DNA of 64,000 nt from Takakia lepidozioides (taxonomy: Eukaryota; Plantae; Bryophyta), in NCBI GenBank assembly GCA_030704615.1, contig CM060732.1:81964001-82028000 (forward strand), written 5' to 3'. How positions within the stretch are numbered: the stretch's first letter is position 1; each line of letters begins with the position of its first letter. Shown piece by piece: positions 46,182-57,361 of this stretch. The notes below the pieces were generated by a model that made no database searches, had not been told where the DNA came from, and was given only the letters and a program-made list of their open reading frames with translations. The translations under genes and the position numbers were made by a program.

Positions 46182-49114
46182 CTGCACGACATCCATAGCA
46201 ATTACTACCACTAATGAAAACTGACATTTCGAGACATTTCAAACATAACAATGTCAGAAGATAATAAAGATGCTCTGATAATTCAATACAGGCCAAAAGA
46301 AAAACAGAATCCGCATATAAATGCAAACATCTGCATCATGTCACATGTCCAAAATACCTCACTGAATAGAGAGCTTCTAATTAATAAGGAGGAGCCTGAT
46401 CTTAACTCAGAGACAAATGAAACGAGGTACAATCATACCCCATCTAGTTGGTCCAGGAGGAAGTTTCTATGGGTGTCCATAGGTAACGCATGGCTGGAGG
46501 CCTCCCAATCCCACTTGCCAAACAAACAGGAAGGCTTAGCTAGAAAGGTTATAATGACAAAATAGGAATGCATGTACTGCCGCGTGTTTCCAGAAGGTTC
46601 AACAATTGGGTCATGAATATAAGCCTCCTCCACGATGAGCCCTCTCCCCACCAAAAGAAACTCCCCTCCCCATGTGTAGACTGGTATATAAATCAGATCA
46701 TACAGCCCTGCAGTGGTTTCACAGCATGTAGAATATGATTGACTGGCACCCATTTCAAAAGCTTCTGATCAAATTAAAGGTTCTTAGAGACAAATTGAAC
46801 CTTTCAAGAGCAGTAACGGTGTAGCACGCACATTGAAAGATCAGAAAGCAGGTTAAGTAATTCCACTACAGGCCTCTCACAGTGAGAATAAATACTGGTT
46901 GGCCATAAGGTATGAGATTTGGAGGGGACGGAGGTGCTGGATGCAGTAGCAACAATGACCTTCAATTTGCTTTCCACAGATTCTTAATATCATTTTAATT
47001 GGCTACATAGTTAAAATCCCCTGATGCTGTGTTTACAAATGTGGGTCAGCCACCTTCAATGCGGCACATCAATTGTGAAGAGCTGAGCAACTGCTACACT
47101 GTAGGAACACTCTAGTCCATGGTACTAGATGACCAGGGCAGTCATACAAACAGTTATATTCTCTGGTTTGAATATTTCCCAGGAACCTTCAAGAATATTG
47201 CTGCGAGAGAGAGGCCATTGTTGTTGGCAATCCATGGTGCTCATCCACGATGGAAAATGTTATGGGTGCAAGTCAAAATCGTCCCAAATAACTTTGGATA
47301 AGAATTAAATCGTAGCATGTATGCATGCACACCCCATTCACAGAAACGCCTCCGTATCACGCTAGCACATAACTGGCAGCTGGCTCACTCTGAAAAAGAA
47401 GAAAAAAGACGTACGGGAGTGTGCAAGCGGAGATAAAACTGGCCGTGTCCGTAATGGCCCCATCGTCCCCTGCTTCAGGATTGTCTTGCCGCACAATGCA
47501 TGCTTACAACTTTGTTCTTGGCAGAGAGTGTACTCCGTTTCGATGTGATTGCTCAATTGACAGAGTAGAGATAGAGAACGCCCCCTGCTCTTTCTGAGAC
47601 CAACCGCACTGTCTTTTATCTATCGCAGGGCTCGCCTATACTTCATATATAAGCTTTCAGAAACAACCACGTGCAACACTCGGTCTGTATCTTGACTCGT
47701 GGAAGCCCAAACAAAGCATCGTCATCCCTGCGGGAAGCTGTATACGGCGATGTGTAGAAAGAACTTATATTTTGAAGTCACATCTCTCCCCAAGACTTCT
47801 CCTCTTGACCTCCCAATCAGATGCCCACACAAGGTAACCTAAACCGCTCGAGATAATTCTGCTTCCCTGCCAGAAATGGGCTCCCGGGATGAAAGCTTTG
47901 CGCCAAAACCTCCAAGAACCGCAGTAAACCGCACCCAGAATAGCTACCACCCTCGCAACTTTCGCATCATAAAAATAGAGCTCCTAATCAGAGAAGCCTC
48001 TGCTGCCAATTGTGAAAAACCCAGTTGACAATGTCTCAAGTACTCCGAACTAGGGTTGCTGCAACGGCTCCTGATCAATAATTTAACGACAGCGAGCAGC
48101 TACATGGTGTACACACATGCAGGCCTAGCACATCTTGCTGAGGGGATGGCAGTTGCTACGACAAGATTGACTATCGTATTGCGAAAAAGATATGAAACCT
48201 GAAGCAGCGGGGCAACAAGATAGCAAGAGATCTAGACATCCAGGGAAGTGGGCGCCTCTCCTGGAGCAATCGCACCACGAGGTGATGGCAACGAGCAACA
48301 AGCAAGAAAAAGAGAAACAAAAGCAAACACAACACGGACAGAAAGAGAGGGAAAGAAGTAACTACAGCCAACAAACACCCAAAAAAGCTACAACCCCCCA
48401 GAGAACCCCAAACTAAACAGAACACCGACCCGATCCCCTGCAGCGAAACCCCTTCCAAGAAGATGAGAGAGAAGGGGAAGAAGAAGGGTGAGAAAGCGCA
48501 TCATACAAACAAGCGGGAGGGAAAGATGGCATTGTCAACAGCGCACACCCATCGCTACCGTCCAGGAGCGCGAGAGAGCGGTCCGCACGCCATCGCACGG
48601 CGTGTCGGGCCTGCACCACGTAGCGCCCCTAACTCCCTGCATCCGACCCGGCGCCCTCTTATTCGTTGCTCTCGCATCTTGTTTTTCCACATCTTCTCTT
48701 GCTTTGCTGAGTCTGCGCATCGGTCCTTCCACTTCTGCACATCGCAATCCCATTCAACTCATCTCGCTTCTTCTCACACCCCACACTCATCACGCTTGTC
48801 TGCTCGATTGTCTGCTTCATTCATCGCCCCCATCTGGATGGGACCCACCTTGGATCCAAGCAATGGTGGCCTGCGTTTACCATCACGCTCTGTAACATCC
48901 CACAACCCAACAGACGATTTGGATCGATGGAAGTGTTGAATGCATTTCAAGGGCAACCAACATTCATGCATGAAATCCTCATGTCGATTGCAAAAGTCTG
49001 TTGATTTGTAGCCCCCTTTTGTCCCTGACTGCAAAACATACGGTGGTGGGTTTGTTTTTCGGTCTGTGAGGAGGCTGGATATGAGGAGGGCAGGGTTTGT
49101 CCAGTAATCGGTGG

Positions 49115-51924
49115 ATGTATCTGGCAGAGTCAAGGAGGAGAAGACGGAAAGGGAGAGGGGAGACGCAGGTGGTTGCATGGTTTAGAGGGTGGATGACGCG
49201 CGTAGCACGACTCTGTGCTATCCGCGTCTCGTTTTCTCGGGCAATTGTTGTCGTCCTTGTAGTATGCATCACCTTTCCCCTGTTTGTCGAGTACTTCTAC
49301 TCTGGAGCATCTTTTCCTCGAGCCCTGTGGGGCAGCCCCTCTCGTCATCCGACGTGCTCTGTGGACGACCCCCTCTACTCTCTCAACGATTTCTCGTTCT
49401 GCACTGGAGCTTGCAGATCTGAATGCTTTCCAAGGGTGCAAGGAATCTGCTTCTCTTCTGATCGGGTGACTCCAAAGAGCCGTAAACTTGGGGGTCTACT
49501 GTCAATGTAGCGTGTAGTTCTGTGTAGTTCTGCTGGAAAGGTGCTGAATTGGATTCCATTCAAAGTTCACGACACTGATCCTCCTTCCATTGTCGAGCCT
49601 TACATTTTCTGTGTATTGCAAATCGAATTTGGATATTTTCAGGAGTGTCGATCTAGCTCCAGAGTCTGGAGGGTTTCCTCTAAGGAGTACCCTAAGCCAT
49701 AATCCTTCATTAGTCTTCTTCTCAAGTTTTTGTCTGTACTTTGTTTCAGGTTCGGATTTGTCAGAGAAATTCGGAAGTAGTCAAACATGAAGGGGGGCCT
49801 AGAAATGAGAGGGCTGGAGCGGGGATTCGAAAGAGAAAGTATAGGGCTGGCAAAGAATTGGTACCGACCTTCATGCGCTTTTTGGGGGAGCTCCTCACTG
49901 TACCTGTGGTACATTCAAGCTGTGACCAAGGATGGCACTGGATCTCAGGTAGAGTTTCTGCTTGGAATTAGGTTCCCTACTAGTGCTTTCTCACCACTTG
50001 CAATGCTGGAGCGGAAGATTCCAGTTTGCAAGGTTCCACCCCTGCATAACAGACAAACATTTACAGACAAACATTTACAAACACGAGAGGAGCTGCGGGA
50101 GGGGGCAGAAACATATAGGCACAGCATGCCTCTATTTCTATTGTGAGGGGAGAAGTGTACGGGCAGGGCACAACTCTTGCAAACTAATTTCAGTTGAGCC
50201 GGTCACTCTAAAGCACCTTCGTACAAGAAGGGAGTTCTCATATCGTTTAGCCGCAAGTCTCCACAGTTGTCCGCCAGACTAGTCTCTGCTTGAGCTGCCA
50301 ACAAACCAACCAAAGTCCTTGGACTGAAATCAAGGTAATTATTGCAGGTTCATTGCTGGTGGCTGACACATCCTTTCTTTCAGGGGACAGAATCAAACTA
50401 AATGGTATCTTTTGCTATGTTTTAAGGGCTGGTTTCTATCAGTTTTCCGGATCTAAAATGAATGCAGTATTGCAGGTCTTTCGATGGTGGCTGATCAGCG
50501 GTTCCTTCCCAAAGGCAAACCAAATCCACACCATGAGGCTGAGAAACTCATCCCTGCCCTCCTCTTAGCCCAATATCACGGTGTCGCAAATGCTACCCTT
50601 CAATGGTTTGCAACCAAATCTGAGCTCTCCACCTGGGCTCAGGGTTTCTTGGATGCATTTAAGTCTGCTCTTAATGTTCGGTATCACAACCTCCCTGTCC
50701 GAACAGATGATTCCATATGCTTTGAGGATGCCATCTTGTTTTCGGGCCCAACTCATGTGCGCTATGTTCCCAGTAGGGAAACCAATGCTTGGCTACGCGA
50801 GCGGGTGCTGAGCTATTGCTCCATTCCTCTTGCAAATGCTTCGTGGCCTGAAAGCAAGGCAATTATTCTGGACAGAAATGGAGGGCCACGCCAGCTGGCG
50901 AATAGGTACGCAATCGGCGAAATGGTAACAAATGTGTTGCACGTTCCTGTGGAGCATCGAGAGACTGGTGTGGGCTCCTTCTGTGATCAGGTGGAACAGT
51001 TGCTGCCTTTTCCTTTCATATGCTTGACTGCATGGTTGAAGAGGAGGGCCGTTTGAGGATTGCTTAAGGTTTGTGGTGGACAAAGTTTCCATCCTTCTAT
51101 ATGAATATCCCTCTGCAGCCATTCTGGACACACTTTTTGATTACTACTTCTAGGAGCTTATGCTCTAGCTGCTACAGGCCTTTGGGGCACTATTACCTCT
51201 TGGCTGAATTAAATATTTTGCTCAGGCCTCTCAATTTACTCTGAATGACCTCATCTGGTAAGGTGGCACTGATTGTGTACTTGGCTTTGAGCCATGATAA
51301 ACTAGCAAAGCCTCAATCACACAAGATTTTGTGGTAACTTGGTTAATCTAGTTATGAGGTGACCATGATCGCCAAGGGTGGACATTCCCTTCCCCATAAA
51401 TTCCCTGCAGTGCCACCTGACTGTCACACCCACAATGAAGTCTGATTGAGCAGTTACCACTTTTGTCACTTTCTTAGGTTTGAGTGTTTCATCTGAAATC
51501 TATCGTACCTGATTCGATTCTCATAGCGACTAATAATGTTATTTTATTAAAGCGAATACTGTAATCTGTGCAGGTGCACAAAGTTGCTGGGGACGATTTC
51601 TTCGTTGTGCCCCACGGGTCACAAAATGTGAACTTTCTTTTTGCTCGTCCAGGAGCTGTTGTGATTGAGGTCTTTCCTTACCTCTTTTACACAGACGCCT
51701 TCAGAAATTTTACCCATGCTGCCCAAATCCAGCACTACCCCCTCTTGGGAGCTCTCCCTCCGAGTAACTTATTTTTGCGAGTTTTCTCGCTTCTAGGGTG
51801 GGACATCTGCTACAACCATGTGCGCTGGTGCAAGAACTATGCACGTAGTCAGGCCATCTATGCTGATCTTATCGAGTTAAAGAGAATACTTCATTTTCTT
51901 CAATCTGGGCCACCCCTTATGTGA
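49115..51924 (+). CDS. Glycosyltransferase family 61 (DUF563) type II membrane protein, 4 exons
   Basis: Exons 49115-49435 (basic tail plus TM AIVVVLVVCITFPLFV), 49750-49948, 50476-50990 (ICFEDAIL, IILDRNGGPRQLAN, SFCDQ) and 51574-51924 (VPHGSQNVNFLFARPGAVVIEVFP); GT-AG phases are consistent. Confidence 0.82.
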
Positions 51925-52019
51925 GCTGAGGTTGGCTGAGGAGTTCATTAGTAAGATTTTGCAGGTTAGCACATGCCTTGCCCTGAGGGGATGCTGGACA
52001 GTGGTTATTGTAAAGACTA

Positions 52020-52441
52020 GTGCCCACGGAAATCAGGAAAGAATTGGTCATAAAGGAGCAAGGATGCAGCTCCATTGAGGTCAACAATTTGGTGCATACA
52101 TTCTTTGTAGCAGACAAATCGCATCCACAAATTGAGGACACCCATGCTGAGCTGAGGAGGTTGTCTGAGCAGATGAAGGAGGCCGGGTATGTGCCTGACA
52201 CAAGCTTTGTATTGCATGACCTGGAGGAGGATCAAAAGGAACTTTCTGTTGGTCAACATAGTGAGAATTGCTTTTGGGCTTATTAGCACACCCCCTGGGA
52301 CACCTACACACATCATCAGGAACCTTCAGGTGTGTGGTGACTGCCACGCTGCCACCAAGTTTGTGCGTTGTTGTTCTACAGGACGGCAACCGCTTTCATC
52401 ACTCCCAATATGGGGTTTGTTCTTGTGGGGATTACTGGTGA
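52020..52441 (+). pseudogene. Orphan DYW deaminase-domain remnant
   Basis: [41 protein letters not shown] / frameshift / [32 protein letters not shown] / deletion / [19 protein letters not shown]; no PPR array upstream. Confidence 0.9.
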
Positions 52442-55400
52442 AACAAGAAATATGAATTCTTGGAGTGAAGTAACAAATCGCAAGGAACAGTAGGCATGAA
52501 GGAACCCTGTAATGATGGGGTTTGTAAATTTTGCACCAAGGAAACATTGAGAAAGATAGTATTTGGAGGCTGACACCAGTGACGGTACTCTTGGGTGTTG
52601 TGCAAGTAAATCAATTTTTGCTTACCCTCTTGGTAAGGGTAAACTATTTGTAGTTCCACTTATTTATAATACAGGTAAAAGCTTGATGATTTATTTATCC
52701 TCCAGGTATAAGGTGAAGGCCTATATATTCTAAGGGTAAGGATAAATAAAGGGTGGGCTTCTGTATGCTGAGCTTCTCTGTCAATGGAATCAGATCTGAC
52801 CATTTTCAGGCTATGAAAGTGGCACAAGAAGATGTACAAGCTGATTGTAGCCCGATAGCCGCCCATGCAGAAAACACTACTAGATTTAGATCAAGTGACT
52901 TAATTAGAGCCGACCATCTTTGGTATCCCTCCAATCTCATCTGGATAAACAAATTTGCGTTGACTGGAGAAATGTCAAGGCTATTCCTGTGGTGTGCCTC
53001 ATTCCGGCCGAGGCAAGTTTGAAGCATGTTTCATTATAAACATGACTGGAAAACTGGGACTCAACTGGAGCTCAGCTGGTGAATGAGAATTGATTTTAAA
53101 ATTCTCCAGCTCTTGTGGAAAGTGTAGTGTGTGACATGGTTGTGAGGGGGTCTCCTGTCACTCCGATGAAAACTATCCCAGAGCTGCCAGTCTTCCTCAA
53201 CCTTTTCACAGATCTAACTCCTTATTTCCTCCATATCAGCTGAGAGTCATCGAGACAAATGAAGGACAAATGAAGGCTTCAGTTGTTGATGAAACAAGGT
53301 CTAACCTCCATCAAATTCAATCTTTGGGAAGAAATTGCTTAATTTTCACGACTGACATGGTTTACCATAATTTCCCTCTAATCGCGTCCCCCTTTGAAAA
53401 TGAGGTTGAGGACTGACCTGCAGCCTGGCAATCTGCGATGTTCACTGGCAGAAAGCGTGCTCTCTTGGGACAAGCTATATTGTGATGACTTAACTTACAT
53501 GGTAACCCGCAGGAGATTGTGTGACGCAGCAAAGGTTAAGGTTTTATTAGTCCTGGACTAAAACACTATATATGTGCTAAATAGATTGGGGCACCAATAG
53601 GTGGAATGAAGCCACAACCACTTCCAAGGTTGTATGTGCCCATAACCACTAGGCTCTAACATGGTATGTGCCACATTAATATAGTATATGCATGCAATTA
53701 CTGGATTAAAACATACAAATTGAACCCCAGGCTACCTACCTGCCCTCCCTAAATCTGTTTTCTGCACACGCTGCCCCACCCCAATCTGTTTCTTTAGCCA
53801 TGACAAGCTGTGAGTAGGGAAAGAGAGGGAGAATCAACGCACCTTTGCAATTTTGGGCTCTAAAGGCCTCTCCTTTTAGCTCGTGGGGGATGGAACAACG
53901 GGATGGGTTGAGAGAAAAAGAAATCATGCCCCTGCTTGACATTGAGACCTCGTTAAATCCTGCATACCTACTATATCAGCAACATTTTCAAAGTTTGCAA
54001 CAATAACTTTGAGAGACCCAAAATTGCAAAGGTGGATTGCTTCTTCATCTCTTCCCCTACTTGCAGCTTGGCACGGCCAAAGAAAGAATTTAGGGTAGGG
54101 CAACACATGCAAAGAAAAAGCTTGGGATCATGCAGCGCGTGTAGGTAGCCCTGTGCTGATCGAGTATTGGCATGCATATAATATATTCGTATGACATACT
54201 TGAAACTTCAAATACATATAATAGTATACGATAATAAATTAATAAATACATATCACAATTCAATGATTGAATGGTGTGTAGTGTGCATTTGCAATTCAAT
54301 TCCCAACCTGCATTTCAGTTTGACAAGGTGTTTTTGGTAGTTCAATGGAATTGCAAGGACAATTCAATCGAATTGTGCATTTTTGTCGCTTCACTGTTGT
54401 TCTGCCGCTCATAGTCTAGAATTGGAATTTAGGCGCTGTAATAAGTTGCAGGTACTATAAACAAGTCCTTTGCACTAAGATTTTCATGGAGGTCGGCATC
54501 AACTTTATTTATGAACGGATCCCACATGGCTGTCTCAGTTCCGTGAAAACCTGATCCACTCTTCTCTTGCAAAAGTTGTGATAAATTGACGTGCCTGCAT
54601 CTCCCTTCTTGAATGCGCCAGTACTTTCTTTTCAGGTATGGAGTGCTCGTTTCGCCAGTACTCCCCGCCAGCCTTTAAACATGTGCCTGCTACAATCGCC
54701 ATCCCATTACGTTTATAACAATTTCTCGCTTTCTCGTTTATAACAATCTTCCAGATAAGAGTGGTGAGCGTGTGGGAGATACCTTGCTCCAAAGCTTCTT
54801 GAATATAAAGAGCACAGGCAGAACAGAAATTTCACATCATGCAATACAGATCAGTGCGGAAATTTTTTCTTTTGCTGCCTCTTTCGTCTGCTCTCTTTAC
54901 CATCCAAAGTGCAAAATGTCTGCACTCGCATGTCGGCCTGGCTCCTGACACCACTGTCCTTCATTCAGCCATTTCCTGACCGCTCACTGGCAAAAGAACA
55001 AGTTCCTTTTGCTCCTCTACCTCATACAAAACAGGGCGGCGTCAGGATATTACTACCCGGGCTCCTGACAATATACCTTCTATCCAGTTTATATGTAACA
55101 AAATACCTGCACCTGAATATCGACCTCACAGGAGAACCGACCTGGCTGCTTCATCATTTTCCTAACCGCCGTGCTGTAATTACAGAAAGCACCACTGTCC
55201 ACGGACACAATACGTCGATCGAAACCTCCAAAACACACCCATGCTGCGCACAGCATGCAGACACCGTGTTCATCAACGGATTTCGTTGAGCCATGTTCTC
55301 AAACTTCAATGAACGAACCTATATAACGATACTCCGTAGGCGATGTACGTTTGACGAGTGCAGTCTCTTACTCCGCTCACTTCCTGCCTTGGTGATATCA

Positions 55401-55522
55401 GCACATTGCATCTCTATTCCGTTTACGATAGAGTCCCGCCACTCATTGATCTGGTCGGGCGCGGCGGACTACCTTTTCCAGTGTCCAACACTTGGCGTAA
55501 TACACGTTGACGAGGATGATGG

Positions 55523-55860
55523 GGAAATAGGTAAAAGAGACTGATCGCAAACTTGTACTGCAGTCGCCAGATCAGATCATCTGCCTCCTTGCCTCACAAT
55601 ATGTATGAGACCCTCACTCGATCGATGTGGAAATAGGTAAAAGAGACTGATCGCAAACTTGTACTGCAGTCGGCAGATCAGATCATCGGCCCTCCATCGG
55701 CCTCCATGCTTCACAATATGTATGAAACCCTCACTCGATCGATGTGGAAATCGAGGTGGAAATAGGTAAAAGAGACCGATCGCAAACTTGTACTGCAGTC
55801 GGCAGATCAGATCATCTGCCTCCATGCTTCAAATATGTATGAAACCCTCACTCGATCGAT
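55523..55860. repeat. Tandem repeat, 3 near-identical units of ~103-129 bp
   Basis: ggaaataggtaaaagagac.gatcgcaaacttgtactgcagtcg.cagatcagatcatc.gcctcc...aatatgtatga.accctcactcgatcgat starting at 55523, 55629 and 55758. Confidence 0.95.
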
Positions 55861-56390
55861 CTTGCAAATCGATCGATCTTAGCAGTAGACCTATTCGCAC
55901 ATCCCCACAGGTCCTGAAAAACTGTTCATGTCCCGCAAATCTGTCTCGTCTTGAATGCAGCCAAAGGAGCAGCCGCTCAGCCGATCCTGGCCTGCATCCC
56001 ACCTCGGTCAGAGATGTGGCGCACAGGCCAAGTGCTCCTCACCACCCGGCCACAGATCCTCACGCCAGGATCCCTAGAATCCTACCCCGCCAAGTGGCAT
56101 ATGCCGGAGACCAACGGATCAACGTACGGCATCTGGCATACTACCGGAATATTACTTTATGCCATCGGATCATGCTCGATATGAGGGCCAAAGGCGCAGG
56201 CCGTCTCTCCAATCACATCATCGCTTAACATTTTCTCAATTTTCTGTTATTATTTTTATTGTTTTTGTCTAGATTCTGTGAGAATTAGTAACGATTTTTT
56301 CTGCCACGTAGGGCTTAGTGCAATGATACTCATGCATTATTTCCCGCATCGCAAAAAGAAACAAATGAAAATGTCAAACCCTGTCACAAC

Positions 56391-56711
56391 CAGTGTTGGG
56401 CGGATTTACACCTTTTTTTCACATACACGGGTTCGGATAAAACTTCTGGTTTTAGATATCCGCCAGTTCCTGGTGTTACCAACATGACAAACAGCGGATC
56501 CAGGTATGCATCCGATTATTAAGTTTAGGGCTGAGATCCACCAAGTATTGACGGGTATTGGCCTGATATCCGCCGGGGTGTAGGATTTTTTTTCATATTT
56601 TCATATCCGCCGGTTATGCATCTAACCCCATACTAAAAAATGCCGGTTCTGGGTTTGGATACATTGATATCCGGGTTGATATCCTGATGACTCTATATCC
56701 GCCCAACACTG
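56391..56711. mobile_element. hAT-superfamily MITE, 321 bp
   Basis: 15-bp perfect TIRs CAGTGTTGGGCGGAT...ATCCGCCCAACACTG, 8-bp target-site duplication GTCACAAC (56383-56390 and 56712-56719), repeated internal ATCCG/CGGAT motifs. Confidence 0.93.
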
Positions 56712-57361
56712 GTCACAACTTCCAGCTGAGGGGGGTTTTATTTATGTTGGGAAAATCGTCGGTTGTAGGATGAACAAGACGGTTTGACAAACCGGTTCCG
56801 CCGCACAACATGTGTAGCAACAATTGTGATGTTGATAAGTTGTTTGCATGTGATAAATGATAAGCTCTTTCTCCATCAAAACCGGCGTCGTGTCTCCAAG
56901 AATCATATCATTCCAAGCGAAATTTGTACACCCAGAATGTTGACAATCTGGATCGGTAGTTCGAAGAGCTCATGTAACAACTAGCCTATCCCCTGAAGTA
57001 ACAGAGATGAGCCAAGTTCTCAGACATACAAATAAAACAAATAGAAAAAATATGTTCCCTTTTATTTATAAATAAATAAATAGAAAAAATAAAATAAAGT
57101 CTAGACTCTGAGGTGGCCTGAGCTTAATTTCTTTTCTCGAAAGTGAGGTTAATAAACAGGGGGGGTTGATCCCACCGATACTCCTTTTCCTTTTTTTGTT
57201 TAAAAAACAGGACCCTGAACAGGGAAAAGAAAAAGAAAAGGAAAAAGGTGGGACCGGTGCCGGGTGACGGGGAGGAGGGAAAGGCTACAAGAGCGCAGCC
57301 GAGGGAGTGATGAGGAGTGAGCTTGTGAGCGAGAGCGTTGCTAGTTCGGCGAGGCGCAGCG

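Noticed and set aside
48171-48939. Several 70-160-aa ORFs between VIL and GT61
   Set aside because: Low-complexity purine/pyrimidine-skewed sequence typical of a divergent promoter and 5' UTRs.
55523-55860. CRISPR-like array
   Set aside because: Whole units are repeated with no unique spacers, and the context is eukaryotic.
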